A stretch of DNA of 63,830 nt, filler included, from Octopus bimaculoides (lineage: Eukaryota): NCBI RefSeq assembly GCF_001194135.2. It is 9 parts of 7 records of this genome, joined end to end, with 100 filler letters (N's around TTAATTAATTAA, not from the genome) between each part and the next. Parts side by side here need not be neighbours in the genome. Positions count along the whole stretch, not along the records: positions 8,313 to 13,909 come from NC_068982.1; positions 14,010 to 44,272 come from NC_068988.1; 7 more parts are not named here. One strand, given 5' to 3'. The position numbers were made by a program, and so were the translations under genes. Below, piece after piece: positions 13,539-25,524 of this stretch. Each line of letters starts with the position of its first letter. The first letter of the stretch is position 1. The notes beneath the pieces were generated by a model that saw only the letters and a program-made list of their open reading frames with translations, was not told the DNA's origin and ran no database searches.

Positions 13539-13852
13539 AACATACATGTTACATGCACATACATGCGGCGCGTATGCATACGCACGCACATACTCCTCAC
13601 TCAGAGACGCACATGCATACGTATATCTACACACACCAACACATATACATGCACACATACACATTCCTGCATCTGGTTTGTTTTTCAAACAGTAACTAAT
13701 TGTTGGCATATATTAATAATGATGATAATAATAATATGTTTGAGCGTATAGAGCCAGTACCTGTGCTGTGGGTTCAATTTACATTCGTACTCGAGGCAAC
13801 CATGTTGTGATTTTTATTATTTCTGGGTGTGTTTGTGTTGTTTGTTTTGAGG

Positions 13853-13909
<57 letters not shown>

Positions 13910-14111
13910 NNNNNNNNNNNNNNNNNNNNNNNNNNNNNNNNNNNNNNNNNNNNTTAATTAATTAANNNNNNNNNNNNNNNNNNNNNNNNNNNNNNNNNNN
14001 NNNNNNNNNCTTCATTGTGCGTGTACTCATGTGAGTGCACGTGCGCGCGTGTATGCGCACGCACGTGTGTCTGCGCATGTGCGTATGTATGTATATTCAT
14101 ATATATGCATG

Positions 14112-14158
<47 letters not shown>

Positions 14159-14263
14159 TTATATATATGTATGTATGTGTATATATATATGTATGTATGT
14201 ATATACATTTGAACGCTAGCATACTTAAGTAGACATATGTATATATATATGTGTGAGTGTATG

Positions 14264-14309
<46 letters not shown>

Positions 14310-14760
14310 CACACATACACGCACACACACACACACATATATATATATACATATACATTTGAATGCTAACATACTTAAGTAGACTTCCGTTGAAACGGCC
14401 GTATAACCAATAACACATACAGATATACGTATGTGCATATCTGTGTGTATATACAAACATGTGCATATAAAACTACAGTGGTATATTCATACACAAAAAA
14501 GCTATAATCACTCATTATTTTTAACTCGATTTAAAACAATACTATATTATTATCTTTGTCTACATTCCTGCACAATTAACAACACATTCTACTCGTTCAT
14601 CGCTATTTACATCAGCATATACATTTAAAAGGTTACCGCAACAAGCAGTTATTCTGTGAGAAAAGAAATATTACCTTACATATTAGTTGTACAGGGTAAA
14701 TCTATGCATTGCCAAAGTCAAACTGTAAAATCTGAGTTTACGATATATACTAGTTCAATA

Positions 14761-14822
14761 TACGAGCGGGTGCTGAAAAATTCCTGATTTTAAGGGTAAT
14801 CGCGAAAAGTCTGGTTGGAAGC
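14761..14822 (+). mobile_element. Mariner-derived MITE, left-end fragment
   Basis: TACGAGCGGGTGCTGAAAAATTCCTGATTTTAAGGGTAATCGCGAAAAGTCTGGTTGGAAGC matches the left end of the 15071-15293 element. Confidence 0.75.
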
Positions 14823-15070
14823 GTCCGGGATAAGGAGAATTGTTCCTAAACTCCCTATTTACAATGTCTATGAATAAAAGGAATAAATGCATATCATAAC
14901 AAATTTGCTATAAGTAAAGAAAGAAAAGATATGAGGGTTAGTAAAATTTGTGAAAAGAAATGTGTGGAATAAAAAACTCATTCACATGGTACGAGTCAAA
15001 TTTTACATGTTTCATTAGTAAATATAACTATATGAAAACCCCAACACGTGCACACATATACACATGCAAG

Positions 15071-15293
15071 TATGAGGTGGATGCTGAAAAGGTCCTGGCT
15101 TTAAGGGTTTCGCGAAAGGCTTGGCTAGAGGCCCAACCTTCTGAGTTCTTTTACGGGGGCTTAGAAAAACTGAAGGGCCGCTGTAATAAGTGTGTGAACC
15201 TGAGAGGGGAATATGTTGAATACGATCATAGTTAACTGATCCTCCTGTATTTTCTTTCACCCAAAGCCAGGAACTTTTCAGCACGCCTTCGTA
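15071..15293 (+). mobile_element. Mariner-derived MITE (~220 bp)
   Basis: TIRs TATGAGGTGGATGCTGAAAAGGTCCTGGCTTT / AAAGCCAGGAACTTTTCAGCACGCCTTCGTA with TA ends; interior encodes a mariner transposase C-terminus KAWLEAQPSEFFYGGLEKLKGRCNKCVNLRGEYVE. Confidence 0.9.
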
Positions 15294-15499
15294 CACTTAC
15301 AGATGCAGTCCGTGGACCGATCGTCAGCATTATATCCTGGGGTGACTTGGTGGTTTCGGACTTAACCATATACACCCGCAACCAGATGAGTGGAACAAGG
15401 TTCCTGAAGCTTAGGCCTGTGTCCAAGCAGCATTCTGCTGACACCCACAGGTCACCTCTTCTCGTGCATAGTCATCTAGACGCTTTCTTAGCGACCTGT

Positions 15500-16560
15500 T
15501 CGTTGTTTTCGATGAGTCTTATTCAACAAGCTTTTTCTCTATTCATGAAGATATTACAGTATTCAACATCTAGTTCCGTCCACCAAGGAAATAAATGACT
15601 AATGAGTTTATTTCCCTTAAGCAACTGCCTCACCGCAAGTGCAAACTTAGAGCGTTGTTCAAGCTGTAACAATAGGGTTCCTTTGTAAAACCATTGTTGT
15701 ACCAACAGATTTGCTCCGACTATAGATGAAACAGCAAGTAATAAGGCGCAAAAAAAGCAGGAACAAAAGTGCCTCTGTTGAAAGCCAGCCTGGCGTAAGT
15801 TTTGACGATGCCATTGGAAGAGAAGGCATACTGTATGTATTAGTAGATATGAATACTTACTTCAACGACCCCTCGATTAAGTGCGGGGTTTCAAACTCTT
15901 CTAATAGTGAAGTCTGCACCATCTGCAGAGAAGTGAGTTTTAGAACTGGATTGTTAGAGAATGTGGCGCAGCGGGGTGCAACTTAATGGTCAGTTTCTGT
16001 ATCTCAAGCAACCAAGAAGCGGCATTCTTTTCATCATGCTGTTGAAATGATGTGAAATAATCAAACTAATCCAACTCTAGTTCAGCATTGGGCTAAACTT
16101 GCTAAAGATTTCAAGCATTATGTGCAACATGAAAATAAGGTATATCGATGAGATATCTACAATGAAGGTACGCAGCTCTCATTGACAAGCTCAAGGATAT
16201 AAATGGTCAAGAATGTCAGAAATATGGTTTCTTTCGTTTTAATCACACTGAAATGAATAATCTAGCTACAGAGATCTTGAAAGACACCGTATAATGTTGA
16301 CAGTGAAACTAAAATTGCGGCAAACAAGGACGCAGACTTTCTGTAATTTTTTGACAGGGTTTGATCACAAGAAACTGTATATGCTTCCTTGATATTTATG
16401 GTGGAATTGCAAAGACATTCCAGATCATTCTATGGCTTCCTAAGTCCTTCAATATTAATGTCACTGTGTTTGTAGTTGTTTCTTTAACTATTATCGCTAC
16501 ACACCTTGAAGGTCGTACAGCACATTTTGCTTTCAAAATCCTGTTGAACTTGGATATGGT
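15500..16560 (+). mobile_element. Helitron RepHel relic (Rep-helicase linker and PIF1 helicase motif I), heavily decayed
   Basis: Fragments across frames: FSIHE..VH; KLRALFKL*Q*GSFVKPLLYQQI; RRKK...PGVSFDDAIGR; VCTICREV...GLLEN; HWAKLAKDFKH...IYNEG; CFLDIYGGIAKTF (Walker A, cf. FLDGPGGTGKTF); IIATHLEGRTAHFAFKILLNL (cf. IAATLL.GGRTAHS.FKLPL). Confidence 0.85.
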
Positions 16561-16624
16561 AATAGACCTGTGCTGCCCAACATCCAGGAACCGAAAAAGT
16601 TCTTAAGAAATATTACATAAGACA

Positions 16625-16896
16625 CAGGCGTGGCTGTGTGGTAAGAAGTTTGCTTCCCAACCACATAGTTCGGTATTCAGTCTCACTGCGTAGCACCTTG
16701 GGCAAGTGTCTTCTTTTATCGGCATCGGGTGGATTTGGTAGATGGAAACTGGAGCCCGCCGTATATATATATATATAACGGGCTTCTTTCAGTTTCCGTT
16801 TACCCTATCCACTCACAAGGCTTTATTCGGGCCGAGGCTATAGCGGTAAGACTGAACTGAGAGGCAAACTTTTTATCACACAGCCACGCTTACGCC
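16625..16896. mobile_element. Two internally deleted SINE family A copies in inverted orientation around (TA)n
   Basis: Plus copy 16625-16761 (CAGGCGTGGCTGTGTGGTAAGAAGTTTGC...), minus copy 16778-16896. Confidence 0.85.
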
Positions 16897-16904
16897 TATA
16901 CACA

Positions 16905-16992
<88 letters not shown>

Positions 16993-17340
16993 TGCATACA
17001 CACACACACACATGTACATGCATACGCATAGATGCGCACTCTCATGTGATCTAAGCTTTAGTGCTGTTGTATTTAAATTTCATTTGAGCTTCAAGAGTGT
17101 AGACATATTTAAGACAACCATTGTGTGGAATAATATTTTGTATTTTTTTTTCTTCTAGTGCATTCTAAGTTGTTACAGGTAGCCTCTTGTGTTATAATAA
17201 ATATGTTGACACGAATGTCGATTAGGCGTTGAAGAATCTGTTGTTAATTGTGTTGGAATATAGAGACATCGATAATTATACGGCTAAATTTGAAGTTGAG
17301 TTGAAATAATGAATGATTTTAGCTTTTGTGTTTGAATATG

Positions 17341-17372
<32 letters not shown>

Positions 17373-18559
17373 NNNNNNNNNNNNNNNNNNNNNNNNNNTA
17401 TGTATACATATATATACATATATATATATATACATGTACACACTCTTGCACACATCTATGTGTCTGCTTGTATGTATATATATATAACTTACATATAATA
17501 TATATATATGTTATATGTAATAAAATGTATGTTGTATATATATATATATATATATATATGCGTGTATGCATCTATGTGTTTGTGTGTATGTATATGTACA
17601 CACATACATACACATATATATATGTATATATGTATATATGTGTGTATGCATGTATGTATGTATGTATGTATGTATGTACGTATGTATGTATGCAATGGAT
17701 GTATATATATATTTTTATAATTATATGTTTATTTATTTGCAGATATGTGTGTGCGCGCATCTATACCAGCCTGTGTGTACGTATGTATATATTCGACTAT
17801 ATATAAGAATATGCATATTTACACGCACAGATTCATAAGCGCATATATATATTCTCTCTTCATATAAATTATAATTTATTCGGAGTTTTGACATTAGGTC
17901 TATACAGAAACGTTGAATTTCTAATATACACTATGAAAGAAATACACGTGATCTTACACTGTAGTGGGTCGTAGTGGGCATTTTGGTAAAAGAGGTTCTA
18001 TTTTCATATCTCTATTTCTTATAATACAGTGTCAAAATGATAAAATCTTACGTTGTGGTGAGGCTTGCGCTAAACGAAGCTCTGTTTTGATGTGTATCTC
18101 TCAACGACTGTGGAAAATAGCTCCAAATTTATAACTTACTGACTTTTTTCTGTTTCGATAACTGCATTTCTCTTCTGGCCGTGTAAAAAAAAAAGCATAA
18201 AAATCATACGTGGTAGTAGTGGGCCTTTTGTTATAGACGTTTCTGCTCTCATAACTAGATTTCTCATCAGGCAATGTAAAAGAAGCTAACATCTGTGTTG
18301 ATGAATAATTTGACCCCTAGTTATTCCTCAGATAGGGGGTGAGATATAGAACTACTCGGAACGAAATTAGACAAATTTCATATCCAAATATATAAAACTA
18401 TCTTTTGAGGAAATGCTAATCAAAGTAATCAATATTAAATGAACGTCCTAAGGGCATACGCACTCAATAATGTGATGCATATTAACTCCACGTTATATAT
18501 GATTGTTATTGCTAGTACATCCATCCATCCATCCATCCACCCACCCATACATACACACA

Positions 18560-18595
<36 letters not shown>

Positions 18596-18606
18596 TATAA
18601 AAATAA

Positions 18607-18836
18607 AGGCAGCGAGATGGCAGAATCGTTAGCACGTCGGGCGAAATGCTTAACGGTATTTCGTCTGTCTTTATGTTCTGAGTTCTAATTCCGCCGAAGT
18701 CGACTTTACCTTTCATCCTTTCGGGGTCGATAAATTAAGTACCAGTTGCGTACTGGAGTCGATGTAACCGACTTAAACCCTTTGTCTGTCCTTTTTTTGT
18801 CTCCTCTATGTTTAGCCCTCTGTGGGCAATAAAGAA

Positions 18837-18840
<4 letters not shown>
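18607..18840 (+). mobile_element. tRNA-derived SINE family B (Meta-domain-like core)
   Basis: GGCAGCGAGATGGCAGAATCGTTAGCACG...GTCGACTTTACCTTTCATCCTTTCGGGGTCGATAAATTAAGTACCAG; the core resembles the MetaSINE domain. Further copies occur near 28545, 38420, 40057, 47632, 47838, 51505 and 60892. Confidence 0.85.
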
Positions 18841-18877
<37 letters not shown>

Positions 18878-19499
18878 AATGCATCTCTCTCTCTATATAT
18901 ATGTGTGTGTGTGTGTATGTATGTGTGTATATGCGTGTACGTATGTTTGTGTCTGTTTATGTGTCTCTCTGGTCGTTTGAATGTATAAACACGAAACAAG
19001 TAATATATGGATGAAGATATTCTTGATTACATCTGTTTGTATGTTTGGCTGTTGATAAGTACAAAGATAATATTCATTCTAGGACATAATATTTAAAATT
19101 TAAAATTCAAATTATATTAAATCGGTAAGACTTCTTCCATTGTAAAAAACAAAAGCTGTGTGTATAATCTGCTTTCTTGAATAATAAAATTTACCTGGTT
19201 ACATCAAATAGATACAACTCACTGATTGCTTTTAGGTTTACTGCGACTGATGTTTAACTAGACGAGATTAACTTACTGGATGTTAACTCGTTGATTATAG
19301 TACTGTAGAGTTTTCTAAGAAACATTACGATCGGATTAAGAATGAACAGAGACATTATTGTTTAGATTCTCGCTGTTGTGCATGCACCTCCGGAATTATT
19401 ATATGTTTGGCAGACATCAGCATGTATCAGCAAATAATTTCTTGAATTCTATAAACAATAGCTTGTAGTCTTGTAAGATTCATCGTTCCGACACGGTAG

Positions 19500-19550
19500 C
19501 TTTGACTGAGAAAGCACAAAACAAGATCGAAACATCGCAGAGTTTTAAAG
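19500..19550 (+). ncRNA. Type I hammerhead motif, copy 1 (degenerate)
   Basis: Stem I CTTTGA/TTAAAG; core CTGAGAA (G8A); stem II eroded (AGC..ATC); GAAAC; stem III AC/GT; triplet GUU. Confidence 0.55.
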
Positions 19551-19820
19551 TCCCCTTACACTGGTGAATCGCGTACTACGAACACATATCGTCTGAAGGG
19601 AGAAAGTGTCCTCAGATGACGTATAACAGCAGCGTTCAGCATATTCACGTTCGAATCTGCCTGAGCATTTTAAGAATGAATAGAAATGTTATTGTTTCTG
19701 CATGCACATCAGGAATTATTACCTGTTTAGTAGACATCAATATGTCTCAACAAATTATATTTTTCATTTCTATAAACAACAGATCGTGTTCTTGTTAGGT
19801 TCACCGCTTCCGCGAGGTAG

Positions 19821-19875
19821 CTTTCACAGAGGAGACACACACACAATAAGGTCGAAACAGTGCCGTGTCTGAAAG
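19821..19875 (+). ncRNA. Type I hammerhead motif, copy 2 (single core substitution)
   Basis: Stem I CTTTCA(19821-26)/TGAAAG(19870-75); core CAGAGGA (U4A); stem II GAC/GTC with 14-nt loop; GAA; stem III ACA/TGT with 6-nt loop; triplet GUC (C17 = 19869). Confidence 0.75.
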
Positions 19876-20146
19876 TCCCCTTACACCGGTAAATCGAGCG
19901 TGTATGGACACACATCATCTATACGGAGGAGGTGTTCTCCGTTGATGAATATCTACAAATATGAGCATATTCATTTTCGTATCTACCAGAACGTATAAAG
20001 AATGAACAGGTACGCTATTGTTTAGACTGTCACTGCTTTGTTTGTTCCTCAAGAATTATCAGTTTGACAGATATCAACATCCACCAGGGAATAATTTGTG
20101 CACTGATTCCTATTAACAAAACTTCGTACATCTGTTAGGTTCATCG

Positions 20147-20452
20147 GTGTGAGTGGGAGCACAGTGACACTGGGGTACAAATATACACAGGCCCAATATA
20201 CCCATCATGATTACCCGACTGACAAAGGGTATGCCAGACACATGTATCACAACTCACAGGTAGAGCCCAATCAGAATTTTCTTCAGGTAGAGTAGCTCCT
20301 CTCACTCAAAAGAATCCTGAATAAGAGTTGCTTAACGACGATGAACGAAACATCCATATTTCAAGAGATGAATTATTGAAACCACAAAGAAGAATTCCTC
20401 TCAAAACATGGCTATGGTGCTCCCCCATTCACCCTCCTCGTGATCAGAGATA
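20147..20452. mobile_element. Dispersed repeat fragment interrupting the tandem array
   Basis: Abrupt loss of array homology and a GC-richer block (…ATACCCATCATGATTACCCGACTGACAAAGGG…CATGGCTATGGTGCTCCCCC…GTGATCAGAGAT) that I recognise as a common octopus interspersed repeat; family not determined. Confidence 0.5.
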
Positions 20453-20647
20453 CATTAATATTATTTAGTATACTGTACTTAGAATTCAATTACCTGAAAT
20501 ATTTAATGGATTCTTACATCTTTAAGGGCAATTTGGCTGTTATGTATTACCAGATCGAACGACCCTGTACTGCTTGGCTTGTACTTCCGATGAATGTACA
20601 ACCAAATATACCTTCAGAAAGACATGCAAGCACTCACACAGACATAG

Positions 20648-20687
<40 letters not shown>

Positions 20688-20919
20688 CTACACATGCAGA
20701 CACACAATTGGAAGAACCGTTCAAAACATTTAAATCGTTAAGGAGTATTCAAACTTCAAATATACTTCGATAACCAGTTGTAAATATTTACCCACGGCAA
20801 AATTGCAAGTCTTGCCGTTCCAACGCTAGTTTAAACTTGCCTTTACGATGTTTTACACGTGTAAAATACTGCTAGGATTTTTTTAAACAATGATGAAAGG
20901 AAAACACTGACCCCACTCC

Positions 20920-20960
<41 letters not shown>

Positions 20961-21263
20961 NNNNNNNNNNNNNNNNNNNNNNNNNNNNNNNNNNNNNNNN
21001 NNNNNNNNNNNNNNNNNNNNNNNNNNNNNNNNNNNNNNNNNNNNNNNNNNNNNNNNNNNNNNNNNNNNNNNNNNNNNNNNNNNNNNNNNNNNNNNNNNNN
21101 NNNNNNNNNNNNNNNNNNNNNNNNNNNNNNNNNNNNNNNNNNNNNNNNNNNNNNNNNNNNNNNNNNNNNNNNNNNNNNNNNNNNNNNNNNNNNNNNNNNN
21201 NNNNNNNNNNNNNNNNNNNNNNNNNNNNNNNNNNNNNNNNNNNNNNNNNNNNNNNNNNNNNNN

Positions 21264-21303
<40 letters not shown>

Positions 21304-21856
21304 TTTATGTGTAACAGAAGGCCTAACAACGCAAACAGAAAATATCCAAGTTTCCCCATTACGCATACACAAACTTTGCTCACCGTTGCAAATACAAATA
21401 AACCTTAGCAAGCCTCGTCAATTCTCGTCAAGCTTCGGCAAACTTCGGAGTGTAATAAAATCAATGGCGGCCATAAAAGTATAAGATATTCTCATTAACG
21501 AAGCAGTTTTTTCATTTTCTGCTGGATTATTTTTATGGCAGCGAGATATTTTCATTGGTTTTTTTGATGGCAAGAAAAATTGGTCTACGAGTTTGTATGT
21601 TGAGAATGAGATCTTTAGTAAACATAACATTCAGTGGAATCTTGGCTAATATGTGTTAATGAATGTGTGAGATTGTGAATGTATGAGTGAATGTATGTAG
21701 GTTACTGTATATGTGTGTGTGTGTATGTATGCGTGAGTATGTCTGTGCGTGTGTGCATAGACGATAGACAGACAGATAGACTCTTGATAAATGGATAGAA
21801 AAACATATGTGTATACACACACATACACACACACACATACACACACACACATATAT

Positions 21857-22140
21857 ATAGGGTGCGGTGAATAAATTGTCGTCTAAATTACGCAAAAATA
21901 GAAATAACACTGACATCTCATTTTAACATATAATTCCCAAAATTACATAAAAATATCTTGAAGTACTAAAGAATAAATTTATTCAATAAAATCGCCATTG
22001 GCTTCAACAACGGCCTCCGGACGACTTCGGAATCTCCTGCAACTCTTCTGGACGGTCTACTTGTGGAAGTTGGTGAATGCTGCCATAAGCCTTGCCTTCA
22101 GTACATCTTTGGTGTTACAAGGAGTTTTGTTGGTCTCTCG
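21857..22140 (-). mobile_element. Tc1/mariner-superfamily transposon 3' end
   Basis: Minus translation RETNKTPCNTKDVLKARLMAAFTNFHK*TVQKSCRRFRSRPEAVVEANGDFIE*, a typical transposase C-terminus, followed by a terminus in (TA)n. Confidence 0.85.
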
Positions 22141-22265
22141 ACAAAATCAAAAACAAGTAATGTGCATGCGCGAAATTAAAAATATAAAATGGCGACAATT
22201 TACCCATCGTACCCTGTATGTATGTATGTATGTATGTATGTATGTATGTATGTATGTATGTATGT

Positions 22266-22298
<33 letters not shown>

Positions 22299-23894
22299 AA
22301 GAGAGTACATAGCTTTCTCGCTCCCTCTCTTTCGGCAGCTTATTAAGGTAAATGGTTTCTGTGGCTGAGTCGTTTTTTTTTACTCTTGTTTCTAGCAATA
22401 TTGGTGCTATTTTGTACTCTTGTTTATATNNNNNNNNNNNNNNNNNNNNNNNNNNNNNNNNNNNNNNNNNNNNNNNNNNNNNNNNNNNNNNNNNNNNNNN
22501 NNNNNNNNNNNNNNNNNNNNNNNNNNNNNNNNNNNNNNNNNNNNNNNNNNNNNNNNNNNNNNNNNNNNNNNNNNNNNNNNNNNNNNNNNNNNNNNNNNNN
22601 NNNNNNNNNNNNNNNNNNNNNNNNNNNNNNNNNNNNNNNNNNNNNNNNNNNNNNNNNNNNNNNNNNNNNNNNNNNNNNNNNNNNNNNNNNNNNNNNNNNN
22701 NNNNNNNNNNNNNNNNNNNNNNNNNNNNNNNNNNNNNNNNNNNNNNNNNNNNNNNNNNNNNNNNNNNNNNNNNNNNNNNNNNNNNNNNNNNNNNNNNNNN
22801 NNNNNNNNNNNNNNNNNNNNNNNNNNNNNNNNNNNNNNNNNNNNNNNNNNNNNNNNNNNNNNNNNNNNNNNNNNNNNNNNNNNNNNNNNNNNNNNNNNNN
22901 NNNNNNNNNNNNNNNNNNNNNNNNNNNNNNNNNNNNNNNNNNNNNNNNNNNNNNNNNNNNNNNNNNNNNNNNNNNNNNNNNNNNNNNNNNNNNNNNNNNN
23001 NNNNNNNNNNNNNNNNNNNNNNNNNNNNNNNNNNNNNNNNNNNNNNNNNNNNNNNNNNNNNNNNNNNNNNNNNNNNNNNNNNNNNNNNNNNNNNNNNNNN
23101 NNNNNNNNNNNNNNNNNNNNNNNNNNNNNNNNNNNNNNNNNNNNNNNNNNNNNNNNNNNNNNNNNNNNNNNNNNNNNNNNNNNNNNNNNNNNNNNNNNNN
23201 NNNNNNNNNNNNNNNNNNNNNNNNNNNNNNNNNNNNNNNNNNNNNNNNNNNNNNNNNNNNNNNNNNNNNNNNNNNNNNNNNNNNNNNNNNNNNNNNNNNN
23301 NNNNNNNNNNNNNNNNNNNNNNNNNNNNNNNNNNNNNNNNNNNNNNNNNNNNNNNNNNNNATAATAATTTCTCAACACTCTTTTATATTCACCGTTTTTT
23401 AAAATTCTTTAACCCATTCATAAATTCTTCATTTCATTCTTTTCTTAAATTCTTTAGTCACTACATTTGTAATTTTTTTGTTTCTTTATTTTTTGGTTCT
23501 TATTTTGGCTCAGCTTCATTTCTGTCTCTCCTTCCTCTTCTCTTACTTTTTTTTCTACAATTATTTCCTTATTTCTTCTTCTTGAACTACACCTTAGTAT
23601 ATTTCTTCGCGTCTTTATTCGTTTCTTTCCATTTTGCTTCTCCTCAATTACTTTTCATTCATATTATCTTTCTTCTCTTACTCAACCTTCATTTTCTATA
23701 GTTACCATTCTTTCGTTCCTTTCCTTCTTTCTTCCCTCCTTCTTTTCTTTCTTTTTTTTATGTTCCACCCATTCTGTTTTTCTTTTTGAAATTCTTTAAT
23801 AATTTCATCACTTCTCTCTTCCCTATCTATTTTTTCTATCATAATTGTTAGATAAATCTTTGCACATAAATGAAGTGTACACGTGGCAGATGCT

Positions 23895-23975
23895 TCTTGT
23901 CTGCTGCTGCTGTTGCTGTTGTTGCTGTTCTTGTTGCTGATGGTGGTGGTGGTGGTGGTGGTGGTGCCGCCACCG
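23895..23975. repeat. Compound (CTG/TTG)n-(GGT)n trinucleotide tract
   Basis: Seen directly. Confidence 0.9.
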
Positions 23976-24351
23976 TCTGGCGAGTTCTCTTTGTTACTGT
24001 CAGCCAGAAATAAATTTCCCTTCACAGCCCAACTTTAGCATTTATTAAACATCCTTGCAAAAGATGTTTAAGCGTGTGCTTATATTTCCTCCATTACGTC
24101 GCACAGTTCTCCGAGTCTCGCAGCAAGAAGCATTCGCTTCCGAACCATAAATACGGCAAGGAAGGTGGAGATGAACGAAAATAGTTAGGTTAGACAGACG
24201 GTTCCAACGAAATGGCACTAATGCCAGCTAGAACAAAAACGTTTCTTTTAAGAAGAAATTTTACCGGAAGTGCTACAGACGAAAACACTGCCTACTCACT
24301 TTTTAACAATAGCATCAAGCTTGAGAATTTTTTTTCTCTAGAATAAATTAA

Positions 24352-24452
24352 ACAAAACAACAAGAATAACAACGACAGCAGGAGGAGCAACAACAGCAAC
24401 TGCTACGACAATAACAACAGCAGCAGCAGCAGCAGTGGCAACAACAACAGCA
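24352..24452. repeat. Degenerate (CAA/CAG)n tract
   Basis: Seen directly. Confidence 0.9.
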
Positions 24453-24780
24453 AAATTGTTTTGTGCTATTTATATATATTTCACATATTGAAAGAAAATG
24501 GAGACTGTGAGGAGGGGAGAGGTTCTCCGTCAGTCTCAATGATGAGCATTTAGGTTTACGACCACTTGATTTCCTATCTGTGAAATTATTGTTTGAGTGG
24601 TTGAGTATTTCGCAAACATGCTTATCTTAAATGCACTTTTCGGGTAAAATCAGCCTGAGTCAATGTGACGAGGCAGGGTTATTAAATTATGGGAACGACC
24701 CAGAAAGAAAGAAAGAATGAAAGAAAGAAAGACAGAAAGATAGATAGACAGACACAGATAGTTAGACAGAGAGACACACC

Positions 24781-24846
<66 letters not shown>

Positions 24847-25325
24847 CAAACAGACACACAGACAGATAGATAGATATGTCTCTTTATTGGCCACACAGGG
24901 CTGAACACAGAGGGAAAAAATACAAAGTAGAGCTTTTCTTTTTGGGAAGAGAAGAAGGAAAAGAAGAAAAAAGAGGAAAAAGGAGGGTAGACATTCGATC
25001 AAAAGGAATCGTTAAAAAAAAAGGCCGATCAATAGGGATCGTGTATCACAGAAACGTTATAGAGTAAAAAAGGGAAACAGATTAGGTAACCTCGGGCAAT
25101 AATGGCATGCAAAAAAACGCATTACAGTAAGTGACTCTCTTTTTTCCCTTCTTTGTATGGGTTTTTATGGGCTCAATTTCATGAGCAAGTCGTTCTGTTG
25201 GTCGAATCAACTGGAACACACCTCATCGTAATCGATGGAGAACCAGTCATTTATGTGCAAGAGAAGGACAGCATTTATACCAATCGTGTTCATTTAACAA
25301 GCTGTAATCTCTATCTATCTCTCAC

Positions 25326-25369
<44 letters not shown>

Positions 25370-25425
25370 ACTCTCGCTCTTTCCATTTCTATGTGTATAT
25401 TTCTGCGCGCCTTTTGTGTGTGTGA

Positions 25426-25524
<99 letters not shown>

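Larger units (their letters stand above)
19336..20146 (+). repeat. Old tandem array of ~320-340 bp units (about 2.5 copies), hammerhead-bearing (retrozyme-like)
   Basis: Anchors recur: AAGAATGAA at ~19338, 19672, 19998; TGT(A/T)AG(A/G)TTCA at ~19472, 19793, 20133; GTCCCCTTACAC at ~19550 and ~19875. The third unit is cut off by another repeat near 20147. Confidence 0.85.

Noticed and set aside
19478-19890. Reading the 330-bp array as duplicated exons (AG|..|GT-like signals, peptides IHRSDTVALTEK / VHRFREVAFTEE)
   Set aside because: Frameshifts and stops between copies; my hand tally of substitutions shows only a weak third-position excess; the conserved blocks coincide with hammerhead stems instead.
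23361-23870. Long F/L/S-rich plus ORF and K/E/R-rich minus reading
   Set aside because: Pyrimidine/purine strand-biased low-complexity DNA; several minus-strand stops and no domain motif.
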